A stretch of 64,000 bases of DNA from a virus (IMGVR_UViG_3300020183_004379:19409-83408); one strand, 5' to 3'. Shown: positions 10,019 through 19,162, counted from the stretch's first letter. The notes: generated by a model from the letters alone, not told the origin. Program-made: numbers and translations.

Positions 10019-10048
10019 AGTATAGCAAAATGGAGCCTTTTTGGTCAA
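10019..10048 (-). promoter_or_regulatory. sigma70-type early promoter with extended -10
   Basis: TTGACC-18 bp-TATACT, with TG upstream of -10. Confidence 0.7.
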
Positions 10049-10156
10049 CCGCTAAAAATCCAGCACAAGATGCCCGTGATGCCAATCCAGCAAGGTTGAA
10101 TAGATCAATCGTTGGCGCCAACCCACTCGACCCAGTTCATATTAAATTGATTTCTG

Positions 10157-10552
10157 TCATGTAATCACCATGCTGTTTTTTGGTAAACGATTACTAAACA
10201 GTTTGTTACCTCGTTCGCGTATTAAATCTGCCGCTTGTTGGGGGCTATCGTTAAATAACTGCCACATGTGCTGTTCTGTTATACTTGGGTCTACCTGTAT
10301 GGTGTACACTTCGTAAAATCTCTGACTGTTTACCCTAGCTCGCAACAAGATACATTGAATAGTTCTATTCAATGCTGCGCCAGTTCGATCGCCAGGATCC
10401 TTAGCCTCTGGATGGCTTAATATGGCCAACAATCGCATCTGCTCTTCTTGAACACGCAAAGACTCTAGCGTGGTAAGATCTATCAGGCTTTCAAGTCCGT
10501 GGATGTCCCAGCTGAGCAGAAACAATCGATTTTGTTTTATACGCTTTGCCAT
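10157..10552 (-). CDS. phage hypothetical protein
   Basis: Packed ORF. Confidence 0.65.
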   Translation of the reverse strand: MAKRIKQNRLFLLSWDIHGLESLIDLTTLESLRVQEEQMRLLAILSHPEAKDPGDRTGAALNRTIQCILLRARVNSQRFYEVYTIQVDPSITEQHMWQLFNDSPQQAADLIRERGNKLFSNRLPKNSMVIT

Positions 10553-10712
10553 GTCGCTGTTGATGCCTGTATTCGCGTTTGAGCCAATATTTATATCTGT
10601 GCCAATATTCTTTCAAAGAGTAAGGTAGTTCGTGAAACTCTTCGTGCTCACGACAGTTTTCTAGCCAGATGTTACGCAGCCAGTTTCTAAAATATTCTTT
10701 ATTTTTAGTCAC
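10491..10712 (-). CDS. small phage hypothetical protein
   Basis: GTGA overlap with upstream stop. Confidence 0.55.
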   Translation of the reverse strand: MTKNKEYFRNWLRNIWLENCREHEEFHELPYSLKEYWHRYKYWLKREYRHQQRHGKAYKTKSIVSAQLGHPRT

Positions 10713-11206
10713 ACCATGTGCCTTATGAGTAGGTCAATAGCTTTCTTTTGATCTTTAGTTTCTTCTGCAGTCAGTTCGTGCTGCACAAGTTTTTCGCTGT
10801 GTCTGTACACGCTTTCTTCGCCGTGTTCTGGCAGTTGTTCAGTAAGACCAATTAGCATGCGATAACTTTCCCATGCATGCCTAACACCTTCGTTTTGCAG
10901 CTCGGCCACGGTAGGAAAAAGATCCATCCAAACATACTCACGCGGAACCTTCATCACACCAATGCCGTTGGCACGAGGCTCAAGTATTTTTCCATTGTGA
11001 AACAATTCTAGAGCCACTGTTTCGCATGTGTGTTTGTCTAAACCATACAAATAGGTAGGTTCAGCCAGGTAACTGCCAACCACAGTTTTTACATGATCAT
11101 CTGTTAGCATGTGTGTTCTAGCGATAATGCAAAGAACATCTTCTTGTTGGACAATGCCCTTCACAAGGTCGCGCACACATCGGCCAAAACTGAATCCAAT
11201 TTTCAT
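10709..11206 (-). CDS. phage hypothetical protein
   Basis: AGGAG SD; promoter TTGACA-18-TATACT at 11230-11259. Confidence 0.75.
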   Translation of the reverse strand: MKIGFSFGRCVRDLVKGIVQQEDVLCIIARTHMLTDDHVKTVVGSYLAEPTYLYGLDKHTCETVALELFHNGKILEPRANGIGVMKVPREYVWMDLFPTVAELQNEGVRHAWESYRMLIGLTEQLPEHGEESVYRHSEKLVQHELTAEETKDQKKAIDLLIRHMV

Positions 11207-11260
11207 GACATCTCCTAGAATTTACCTGTAGTATAAAACAGTAGTGGCGTTTTTGTCAAC

Positions 11261-11539
11261 CTAGGCCACAAGCCAAGCATCGTTACGAGAAAATGGTAAA
11301 AAGATGTCTGGCACAAACACTCTTATTACCTCGAGGCCCTGAAACCATTCTACTACAAAGTGGTCGCCTGGTACTAGCCATTCTACTATTAGTTCAGGCG
11401 GAGCAGTAGGGTCTTGATTCAAAACTTTTTGCACTAGGTCTGGGTCAAACAATTTGGTTTGATCTTGATGTACGGTATACCATCCGGTTGTTGGGTTGGT
11501 CAACACAGCCACCCTGTTGTTTTTAACAAATTTATTCAT
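11261..11539 (-). CDS. phage hypothetical protein
   Basis: Packed ORF. Confidence 0.6.
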   Translation of the reverse strand: MNKFVKNNRVAVLTNPTTGWYTVHQDQTKLFDPDLVQKVLNQDPTAPPELIVEWLVPGDHFVVEWFQGLEVIRVFVPDIFLPFSRNDAWLVA

Positions 11540-11882
11540 CGCCGAGGTTATCTAAATATTGTTTGAGATTACTAGCATGCAACTCCAGCATGATAGCATC
11601 CTGTTCACCCATTAGTTCAATGTGTTTTCTATCACGAACAAAATACGGACTTGCTAATAATCTGTCCAATTGAAGCAATTGAAGATTGGTAATGCTGTCC
11701 AGTTGAAATTTATAAAATTTTATTTGATTTTGCAACAGCAGACGATGCGCTGCCAGAGTAAGTCTAAGACTATTTGGGTTTAGAACATTACGCCAAATTT
11801 GGTCCGAAGGCATTTTGCCATTGGCAAACAATTGTTGTTCCCATTGTCTTTGCCTTCCAGGTTTATGGATAGATTTGATCAC
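11532..11882 (-). CDS. phage hypothetical protein
   Basis: Packed ORF. Confidence 0.6.
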   Translation of the reverse strand: MIKSIHKPGRQRQWEQQLFANGKMPSDQIWRNVLNPNSLRLTLAAHRLLLQNQIKFYKFQLDSITNLQLLQLDRLLASPYFVRDRKHIELMGEQDAIMLELHASNLKQYLDNLGDE

Positions 11883-12150
11883 CTTGCTTGAGCAGTACCA
11901 CCGAAAACTTATCAGTCTTGAAAAGGCTGTTTAATTTTTTTGCGAGATTGATGGCATGTCCGGGATTACTGAAACTGACTTTTTTATACTTTGGCCCTGG
12001 ATAGGCTATAAGAATATTATGATTCTTAAGATTGATTGGTTTGCTGTCGTAGAATACCGCCCAGATGCCTTCACTGTTTAGCACTTGGTCGCTTTTGAAT
12101 GTGGTCTTGTTCACATGCTCCAACAACACAACCGGTTTAGGTCTACTCAT
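11863..12150 (-). CDS. phage hypothetical protein (late)
   Basis: AGGA SD; TAAATA at 12170-12175. Confidence 0.75.
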   Translation of the reverse strand: MSRPKPVVLLEHVNKTTFKSDQVLNSEGIWAVFYDSKPINLKNHNILIAYPGPKYKKVSFSNPGHAINLAKKLNSLFKTDKFSVVLLKQGDQIYP

Positions 12151-12196
12151 TTTAATTTCCTAGTAATATTATTTATCACAGAAATCTGGGCATATA

Positions 12197-12415
12197 TTAG
12201 AACTTGCCCCCATCTAGTTGTACTTCAATTGTCTGGTTAGAATTATTTTGCAATTGAAGATGAAGCCTGGCTATTTCAGCCAGCATGGTGGTTATGTCAG
12301 CATGTAGATTATTTGCCTCCGCTGCGGTCAGACGCAGTTCAGGGGTACGCAATTGATTCAATGCACGAATTCTGTCGGAAAAATTCACAATATGCATGGT
12401 AGGTTTATAGTCCAT
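12197..12415 (-). CDS. small hypothetical protein (start probably MDYKP)
   Basis: C-terminal part of ORF 12197..12475. Confidence 0.55.
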   Translation of the reverse strand: MDYKPTMHIVNFSDRIRALNQLRTPELRLTAAEANNLHADITTMLAEIARLHLQLQNNSNQTIEVQLDGGKF

Positions 12416-12875
12416 AACACTTCCTTGCAGCCTGCAATTGTTCGTCGGCGGTGCGCCACGGTCCTTGAAAATCATATCTTTGCAAAGTTATTAATTTAGG
12501 ATTGTATGCCTTGGTCCAGTTATGATTCAACTTCACAAGGTAATAACCGGCACAGTAAAAACTTTTGCTTTTATTGTTTTTGGTGTAAATTGGTAACCGT
12601 TTACTCACATCATATAATGCATTGTAAGGTTTGCCTACAGAAGGAAATCCATTTACTTCAGCAGCAGGTTTCTCTTTCTTTTTAGCAGTGGGTTTCACAA
12701 ATTCCACATTGTGTTTGTTGGCCAACATCTTGATTGTGGGATACTTTTCTCTGCTGGCCGAGTCTACCCATACAATGCCATCGTTGGTGGTTTGGATAGT
12801 GGCCACTTTTTCACCATCCTTTTCCACAATCCAAAATTTATTTTTTACCACAGGGGTTGCTTTGAGTTCGGTCAT
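12405..12875 (-). CDS. phage hypothetical protein (start MTELK)
   Basis: AAGG SD upstream; packed. Confidence 0.7.
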   Translation of the reverse strand: MTELKATPVVKNKFWIVEKDGEKVATIQTTNDGIVWVDSASREKYPTIKMLANKHNVEFVKPTAKKKEKPAAEVNGFPSVGKPYNALYDVSKRLPIYTKNNKSKSFYCAGYYLVKLNHNWTKAYNPKLITLQRYDFQGPWRTADEQLQAARKCYGL

Positions 12876-12882
12876 GCTGGTT

Positions 12883-13083
12883 TTACCTTGCTTTCTGTTT
12901 GTCATTTTCTGGTTCAAATTCAATGGTAAAATTAAAACTCAGTTTTCCATCTTCTACCTTGAGAGCAAATGTTTCTTGATCATTGAAATGATTAATCATT
13001 TCATACATCTGTGTTATTTGGCCACGAGTGAGCTGTATGGTGGTAGGCTCATAGCCAAACTTTTCTTTTTTGAATTCAGTCAT
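12883..13083 (-). CDS. small hypothetical protein
   Basis: GGAG SD. Confidence 0.6.
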   Translation of the reverse strand: MTEFKKEKFGYEPTTIQLTRGQITQMYEMINHFNDQETFALKVEDGKLSFNFTIEFEPENDKQKAR

Positions 13084-13084
13084 G

Positions 13085-13621
13085 TCAATCTCCCTTATCT
13101 TCTTTGCATACCCAGCCTAGCTTGTATAGGTCATCGGCAATTTCTTCTGTGACTTCGCCTTCACCCACATAAGTTTTAGTGGGGTCATTACCGTGACCGT
13201 TGCCATTTCCGTCAGGACCCATGCCCGAACAATACCAGTCTATATAGTCCCCTTGCTCACGCATGTCTGCGATAATGCCGCCAGCATAGCGCCAGGAGCA
13301 GGACCAATATTCGTCTCGTAGTATGGGCATGACTTCGCGCTTTTGCCACTCTGTGTTGCACATGGCTGCGTAGAGATTCTGCGCATACGCATCGCTTTCT
13401 CGTACCTTGGTCAAGATCCAGTCAGTGGTCAGGAGATCATACTCAAGGTTGTTTTCTCGGCTGGCGGGATCGTCAAACTTGTGTTTGTGATCTTCGAGTA
13501 TGCGAGCAAACATGTTTATATAGTCTTCGTTGGGAGTTTCACCTTTTTCTTCCATGCGTTTCACATAGCCTTCTCGTTGAAAACTGTGTCGATCAGGACT
13601 TGAGGCCGGTTTAGTCATCAT
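13085..13621 (-). CDS. phage hypothetical protein (YAQNLYAAMCN...SWRYAGG)
   Basis: Start trimmed to MMTKP. Confidence 0.7.
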   Translation of the reverse strand: MMTKPASSPDRHSFQREGYVKRMEEKGETPNEDYINMFARILEDHKHKFDDPASRENNLEYDLLTTDWILTKVRESDAYAQNLYAAMCNTEWQKREVMPILRDEYWSCSWRYAGGIIADMREQGDYIDWYCSGMGPDGNGNGHGNDPTKTYVGEGEVTEEIADDLYKLGWVCKEDKGD

Positions 13622-14237
13622 TTTTCTTTTTCTTTTTCTTTTTCTTGCTTTTATCGCCATCCTCGACCCAATATCCATCACCATCGGGGTATTGGCTGTC
13701 TAGTGGACCGACACCGGTCCAGTCATTTAGCATTTCCGCTTGATCTATGGCATCTCGTATGATGCGCTCTATCAGCTGATTCAGCGTGATGTCCTGTTGA
13801 TGTGCTACCTTCATCAGCTCGAACAAAACTGTTTCATCCAAGTCCAGGGGCACTTCTACTCGGGTGTCATAGTCCTCACCTGCGCGGATGGCCAGAGCCT
13901 TCTGGATAAAGTCGTCGTCGGTTTCTAGGTCCACATAGTTAACATCATCCCAGGCCTGTTTGGGATCGACCTTGCGATCGAGAGCTTCATCGTCGTGCGC
14001 TGCCTTGTAATCGGGATTGATCATGCGATAGGCACGCTGATTTTTGAAATCACAGGCTTCAACAGTGTAGACCACCTGTGTGTTGGAATCAAACACGATG
14101 TTAAAACTACAGCCATCGTGGTCTCCGTTCCAAGAACTGAGGCCGAAGGCGTTATCTCCAAAACACTGCCACAGGTAATTGTCGCCTTCAGTGATGCGAT
14201 ATTCTACCAGTTCCATCCATTCTTTGAGAGTGATCAT
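13611..14237 (-). CDS. phage hypothetical protein with C-terminal ribbon-helix-helix-like segment
   Basis: Start MITLK; ...LMKVAHQQDITLNQLIERII. Confidence 0.65.
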   Translation of the reverse strand: MITLKEWMELVEYRITEGDNYLWQCFGDNAFGLSSWNGDHDGCSFNIVFDSNTQVVYTVEACDFKNQRAYRMINPDYKAAHDDEALDRKVDPKQAWDDVNYVDLETDDDFIQKALAIRAGEDYDTRVEVPLDLDETVLFELMKVAHQQDITLNQLIERIIRDAIDQAEMLNDWTGVGPLDSQYPDGDGYWVEDGDKSKKKKKKKKNDD

Positions 14238-14458
14238 TGCAAGTACCTTCCTTTGGAGTCTAGTGCGTTGACGAGTTTTTCTGCTTGGTCGGGCTCCAGA
14301 TCGTCCCAATCCACCGGTTGGCTCATGGCCCGGATCTCCTCGGCTGTTTTACCTTCAAACATCTGCACGATTTCTTCCATGGCTTGATCCAACTCTTCCT
14401 GAGTACCTTCAAAGTTTTCAAAAAACGCAGGATCAAAAACGATTTTAGGTGTGCTCAT
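14234..14458 (-). CDS. small acidic hypothetical protein
   Basis: ATGA-coupled. Confidence 0.6.
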   Translation of the reverse strand: MSTPKIVFDPAFFENFEGTQEELDQAMEEIVQMFEGKTAEEIRAMSQPVDWDDLEPDQAEKLVNALDSKGRYLQ

Positions 14459-14682
14459 TCTTCAACTCCCATTTGTGCCCTAATGCGATTATATGCCATT
14501 GCTATTCCTGCTTGAAATCCTTTATCAAAATCATCTTCGTTACCTAACCCATCCCCTTGTTTGATAATTGACATACATTCCCTAACAATCAACTCGGCGA
14601 ACTTTTCTGAGTTAAACCAAGAAGGGCCATACTGTCGAGGTTCCCAACATTGGGATTCAAGTTCTTTAATTCGTTCGTTCAT
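14455..14682 (-). CDS. small hypothetical protein (EKFAELIVxEC family)
   Basis: Paralogous to neighbour 14679..14882. Confidence 0.65.
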   Translation of the reverse strand: MNERIKELESQCWEPRQYGPSWFNSEKFAELIVRECMSIIKQGDGLGNEDDFDKGFQAGIAMAYNRIRAQMGVEE

Positions 14683-14882
14683 TCTTCAACTCCGAAATGT
14701 TGTTTGATCTTGTCGCTGGGGTAGTTCTCACCATTGTCTTCGTTATTCACCCAATCATCGGCGATCCTAGAACACTCCCCGACGATCAACTCGGCAAACT
14801 TTTCTTGTATTTGCGGATTGATATCAGGATAGTGTGATCCACCTGCTTGTAACTGTAATTTTCTCAACAACTCTTTGTTCAT
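14679..14882 (-). CDS. small hypothetical protein (EKFAELIVxEC family)
   Basis: Shares EKFAELIV.EC and terminal GVEE with 14455..14682. Confidence 0.65.
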   Translation of the reverse strand: MNKELLRKLQLQAGGSHYPDINPQIQEKFAELIVGECSRIADDWVNNEDNGENYPSDKIKQHFGVEE

Positions 14883-15874
14883 GTTTTCTCCGGATAGCCA
14901 GCATTCAAAAAGTCTACATACCGCTGTGCCTGGTCACCAATTTTTACAAGATTGTGTTTACCGCAAAACTTCATGAACTTAACTCCAATCTGTGGAATAG
15001 TTTTTGTCACAGAATTGATAGCAATGGTTTCTGCCATCCAACTCTTCACATGATTAGGTTGCGCAGTAAGATCAATCAAGGTGCGATTGCGTTCGTAATC
15101 ATCCAACACGCGATGTTCAATTTCATTATGGTCAACCCAGCGTTGCAACATGAGATTGTTCCAATTGAAACCTTTACGGTCCATGTCGGCAAATGCTTCT
15201 TGCAGGCCTACTTTGTTCTTGCTGCCTTTTACTCGCACACCTGGATAGGCCGAAAACACATTGTCACTCACATCACCACGCATGCACTTCTCAAACAGCA
15301 GCCATTTTGGATCAGGAATAACCTTGGGTTCCTTGGTCTTCTTGTCTATCACACGCCGGCCTTTGTAGTCAAAGATGCCTTCCGGTGTGTGAAGTTCGTC
15401 CGACACTCCATTGTACTGTGTGACATTGTCTGCTAACAGTTGATAGTAGTCTGTGTCGCTGCTCACAATCACATGATTGTCTGCGGGATGACTTTGTATC
15501 CAGCCTGCCACAAGATCATCTGCTTCAAGGTTCTCGTGACGCAAGACTGTGCAGTTGGACTTTTCGTAGAAGAATGTTTTGAGATCGTCAAAGGCCTGCC
15601 AAAATGCACGATCTTCTTCTAGTTCGGCATCGGTGAGTGCCGCACGAGCCACAGCACGATTTTTCTTGTAGGGAGTGTAGTAGTCCTTGCGCCAGCTTCT
15701 ACCCTCAAGGCAGATAACCACATGATTGGCCTTTTGATCACGCCAGGCCTTGTAGATACTGGATAAAGTCACATGAATAGCAAAGCCTACTTTTTCTTCC
15801 AGTGTGCTGGCTCTATGGGCTGCATGGCGAGCCCGAAAGAATGTGTTAGCAGTATCGACAATCAAGTAGTTCAT
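14879..15874 (-). CDS. rnh: T4-type RNase H / 5'-3' exonuclease (FEN family)
   Basis: LIVD..N, SWRK, YKKNR, EADD, VSSDTDYYQL, RGDVSDN. Confidence 0.9.
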   Translation of the reverse strand: MNYLIVDTANTFFRARHAAHRASTLEEKVGFAIHVTLSSIYKAWRDQKANHVVICLEGRSWRKDYYTPYKKNRAVARAALTDAELEEDRAFWQAFDDLKTFFYEKSNCTVLRHENLEADDLVAGWIQSHPADNHVIVSSDTDYYQLLADNVTQYNGVSDELHTPEGIFDYKGRRVIDKKTKEPKVIPDPKWLLFEKCMRGDVSDNVFSAYPGVRVKGSKNKVGLQEAFADMDRKGFNWNNLMLQRWVDHNEIEHRVLDDYERNRTLIDLTAQPNHVKSWMAETIAINSVTKTIPQIGVKFMKFCGKHNLVKIGDQAQRYVDFLNAGYPEKT

Positions 15875-15880
15875 GGAGTA

Positions 15881-15909
15881 ATAATAGCACTTTATTTATT
15901 CCATGTCAA
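15881..15909 (-). promoter_or_regulatory. composite sigma70 + late promoter for rnh
   Basis: TTGACA-17-TATTAT with TAAATA (15893-15898) in the spacer. Confidence 0.7.
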
Positions 15910-15924
15910 CCACTAAATTTGGAG

Positions 15925-16338
15925 TCAGCTCACTTCGGTCCTGCCGTTGCCCAAATCTTTGCGTTGCAGTGTGAGTCTATCTTCTCTGGGCTGATTGGCT
16001 TCCCACTGTTCGAAATTTTCCATGACCACATTTCGGCAAATGTCCTGGAACCAGCGGTCCACAATTTGGGCATCATCGTTGCCTGTGTAACCTGCTCTTA
16101 CAAGTTTAGCAACAAAATATTCGTTCCAGTCCAGTTCAAATGCTCCGTTGCCGGGATTGGTGTCGTCCAATTCAACACCAATCACAGCCACATAAGGCTC
16201 TTTCTTTCTTGTGGCCACAGCCTTGGGATCTCTGGCTTTGGCCGTTACCTTGAGTGGAATAGTTTTGGCAACAACTTTCTTGGTATCTTTTTTGGGTGCT
16301 GCTTTTTTTGCAGCACCTGTTTTCTTAGCAGTGGCCAT
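15925..16338 (-). CDS. phage hypothetical protein with Lys/Ala-rich N-terminus
   Basis: Start MATAKK; FELDWN...VDRWF. Confidence 0.7.
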   Translation of the reverse strand: MATAKKTGAAKKAAPKKDTKKVVAKTIPLKVTAKARDPKAVATRKKEPYVAVIGVELDDTNPGNGAFELDWNEYFVAKLVRAGYTGNDDAQIVDRWFQDICRNVVMENFEQWEANQPREDRLTLQRKDLGNGRTEVS

Positions 16339-16340
16339 GT

Positions 16341-17237
16341 TTATTTGCCCCAGCCATTGCCCCACAAGTCTACATGCAGACGTGGGCTGTAATTATAGCC
16401 TAGATTCAATGCAAATTCGGCAATGTCTTTTTTATGAACATCGTATAACTCGGTAGTGCCGCCAACTGGCATAATATAAACTTGTCCCATAAACCCAGCA
16501 TTACGGTACTCATTTACAGCTCGCTCAACTTCTAACATTGCGTCATGTGTGCCTACAACAAATTTTAAGTATGTCATTCCAAACTGCTGATATTCAGTGA
16601 TAATTTCTGGTTTGATAGCATCCTGCCATTTTTCACCACTACCACTTAGCTTAGGACTAACAGAAAATTGCATCTCTCTCCAACGACCAATGTATTGTTG
16701 GTGATCGTCTTCGGTGGTACCACGCCAAACAGTATGCCATTGCTCGATATATGCTTTGAACTCTTCGTCAAGATGTTGTGTTCCATTTGTTTCAAAAGTA
16801 ATATAATCTAGATCGATCATTCTAGGATGTTCTAATAGGTCTGGGTATGCACGTTGCCAACCCAGCAGTGGCTCACCGCCTGTGATCACCAGATGTACAG
16901 GATTGCCTGAATACTGATGCCAACGATTGTTTGGTGTTAGTTCCAACATTCTCTCAACAACGGCGTCGGTTTCTAGCATGGGACTGAGATCTTTGAATCG
17001 TGGATCCCAGCTGGCATAGCTATCGCAACCTGTATGCACAAGGGGCAAGCTGTTAAATGTTTTATACTTGCTGGGGTCTACGGCATCACGCTCAATACTA
17101 ATTTCTCCATGCGGCATGCCAAATCCACCGCATGTAAAGTTGCAACCAAACGTGCGTAAGAACACGCTAGGCACACCAACATAACGACCTTCGCCCTGCA
17201 GGCTATAAAATATTTCACTGATTTTGATTTTGCTCAT
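16341..17237 (-). CDS. queE: 7-carboxy-7-deazaguanine synthase (radical SAM)
   Basis: EIFYSLQGEG, FLRTFGCNFTC...GCDS, ITGGEP, FETNGT, SPK, SPRLH. Confidence 0.93.
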   Translation of the reverse strand: MSKIKISEIFYSLQGEGRYVGVPSVFLRTFGCNFTCGGFGMPHGEISIERDAVDPSKYKTFNSLPLVHTGCDSYASWDPRFKDLSPMLETDAVVERMLELTPNNRWHQYSGNPVHLVITGGEPLLGWQRAYPDLLEHPRMIDLDYITFETNGTQHLDEEFKAYIEQWHTVWRGTTEDDHQQYIGRWREMQFSVSPKLSGSGEKWQDAIKPEIITEYQQFGMTYLKFVVGTHDAMLEVERAVNEYRNAGFMGQVYIMPVGGTTELYDVHKKDIAEFALNLGYNYSPRLHVDLWGNGWGK

Positions 17238-18100
17238 TTTATTTCCTCAAGTATCTTATTATACAATGTTTCAAAGTTGGCGTCAAGCCATTGCTCTACT
17301 GACAGTGGATTCCAATCTGGTAACACTGATAATAGTTTATTTAGATTGGCACGACTCTCCCATTGATATTTTTCAATCATGTGATCTGGCATGGGAGTCA
17401 CATACACCTGCACAGATTCTATACCAAACTGCTTTTGCACCATTCGTGCTATGTCTTCGAAAGTCAGTTGTTGCCCGGTACCAATGTTATACACGCCACT
17501 CACACCAAGATCTTTGAGACGCAGCATGGCATGGATGCAATCGTCCACGCTGATAAAATCTCTTGAGCCTAGTTTGCCATTGTGATGCCAAACCATGAGT
17601 TTGCGTGTTGTGGCAGCACTTTCGATGTATCTACGCACAGGACTAGGTTGATTTTTATGCCCTTCATTGCGACCATACACATTGAAGAATCGCATGCCCT
17701 GCACAGGCACTTTGAACCGTTGCTCGGCACACCACATGTCAATGGTAATTTTGCTCACACCATAAGGATGCTGTGGTTGGAATGGTCCCCACTCAGGACT
17801 GTTGCTCCATGGACCATACACACTGGCACTTGATGCATAGGTAATGCCGCATCCATGCTGTTCAGCAAAACGAACCCAGGCCTGTGTGTCTTGGATATTT
17901 TTCCTTACCAGCGCATCCCAGTCAAACACATTGGTTTCACTGATAGCACCCATATGAAATATCCATTCAATGGGTTCGGTAGCAGTCCAGGTCTTGCCGC
18001 GGTCTGCCCAATCAAGCGAATGAACTGTGTGTCCTTGATCTATTAGATGCTTCTTTAGCTCGCTACCAATAAAGCCTCTATCGCCTGTAACAATTATCAT
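17234..18100 (-). CDS. ADP-L-glycero-D-manno-heptose 6-epimerase-like SDR
   Basis: MIIVTG..GFIGS, IFHMGAISET, YASSASVYG, YGVSK, RFFNVYG.NEGHK resemble HldD/RfaD. Confidence 0.75.
   Translation of the reverse strand: MIIVTGDRGFIGSELKKHLIDQGHTVHSLDWADRGKTWTATEPIEWIFHMGAISETNVFDWDALVRKNIQDTQAWVRFAEQHGCGITYASSASVYGPWSNSPEWGPFQPQHPYGVSKITIDMWCAEQRFKVPVQGMRFFNVYGRNEGHKNQPSPVRRYIESAATTRKLMVWHHNGKLGSRDFISVDDCIHAMLRLKDLGVSGVYNIGTGQQLTFEDIARMVQKQFGIESVQVYVTPMPDHMIEKYQWESRANLNKLLSVLPDWNPLSVEQWLDANFETLYNKILEEIK
17258..17286 (-). promoter_or_regulatory. sigma70-type promoter for queE inside the upstream gene's 3' end
   Basis: TTGACG-17-TATAAT. Confidence 0.65.
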
Positions 18101-18540
18101 CAGTCTATGTCTCCGCCTTCGCTGTCACCAACTAATGCTGCGTCTGGCGTTGGTGTCTTTCTATAGTTGCCCTTGCCCGGAATAGTATTGCGTACACCGC
18201 CCACCGGGTCCGGTACATCGCCTTTTCTACGGGGTATAAGATGGATATGAGGCCATGGCACAGTTTGTCCCGCAGCTTCGCCATAATTAAATCCAATGTT
18301 GAAACCATCCCATTCTCCTGAATCTACCATGCGTTTGCCATAATCAAATGCATCTTCAAAGGCTTCTTTGAGTATGCTGGTACTATTATACTGCGGAACA
18401 AACAGCAAGTGTCCTGGCGTACAGGGGTATTTGTCGTTGAATACTGCTATGTGGAAGTCTTTTCTTACAGTGTCATCCCATGGAGCATTGCTGTCTTCAA
18501 TATGATCTGGCCCATTAAATATGCGTTTGTATATGGTCAT
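18100..18540 (-). CDS. HIT-family nucleotide hydrolase
   Basis: DKYP..PGHLLFVP, GFNIG.N.G.AAGQTV..PHIHLIPR (first triad His replaced by Trp). Confidence 0.9.
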   Translation of the reverse strand: MTIYKRIFNGPDHIEDSNAPWDDTVRKDFHIAVFNDKYPCTPGHLLFVPQYNSTSILKEAFEDAFDYGKRMVDSGEWDGFNIGFNYGEAAGQTVPWPHIHLIPRRKGDVPDPVGGVRNTIPGKGNYRKTPTPDAALVGDSEGGDID

Positions 18541-18542
18541 GA

Positions 18543-19088
18543 TTATCCTTCGTAGATGGCACTGTTGCCAGCGTGTTCAAACACTTCAACACTAATTAAT
18601 TTAACTCTTTGGTGATCGTCGCCTAGCAAGTTTTGGTATTTGTTGGTTGGATCAGCAGCTAGCCATTGTGCAACATATTTGTAAACAAATTCTGAAAATG
18701 CCTCGCATCCCACAGCAGGAACAATTCGCAAATCAATTACACCTTGATTATGGTATGGGTTTTTCTGAACTTCATCTGGGTTGCCATCAACCTCGGCCAT
18801 GCGACTCCACCCTGCCATTTGTTTGAAACGATCCAGTAGCGGATCATCTTCAGCGATAACGGTGGTATGATCAAACTGTGTGTCCAGCCAAGTCTTGATT
18901 TCTTTGAGTCCGCCAAAGTCTTGAACCCAATTGCGTTCGTCCAGTTGTTCGGCTTCAAACACAAAACGGAAACCTAAACTGTAGCCATGCATGAGACTGC
19001 AATGGCTGTGAGTGGCCTGCCACTGTCTGAAACAGCATGAATAGCCGCGATCGTTGCCGTATGTTTTTGTTGAAAAATGTCTTGCCAT
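18543..19088 (-). CDS. queD: 6-carboxy-5,6,7,8-tetrahydropterin synthase
   Basis: SHCSLMHGY, WVQDFG.LK, FDH, VEVFE. Confidence 0.88.
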   Translation of the reverse strand: MARHFSTKTYGNDRGYSCCFRQWQATHSHCSLMHGYSLGFRFVFEAEQLDERNWVQDFGGLKEIKTWLDTQFDHTTVIAEDDPLLDRFKQMAGWSRMAEVDGNPDEVQKNPYHNQGVIDLRIVPAVGCEAFSEFVYKYVAQWLAADPTNKYQNLLGDDHQRVKLISVEVFEHAGNSAIYEG

Positions 19089-19162
19089 GGTACTTCTCCT
19101 ATGTTAAAGTTTAGCATAGGCGGCAGAGTTTGTAAAGCGGGATGACGCCGAAAGACCGCTGG
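19089..19162 (-). ncRNA. candidate cis-regulatory pseudoknot (riboswitch-like) in queD leader
   Basis: P1 AGCGG/CCGCU; loop CGGCG can pair with downstream UGCCG(CC); CCUAUG/CAUAGG hairpin covers the AGGAG SD. Confidence 0.55.

Noticed and set aside
10045-10140. Short ORF MNWVEWVGAND*SIQPCWIG... with an in-frame TGA (readthrough or pseudogene)
   Set aside because: Too short, no SD and no recognisable homology.
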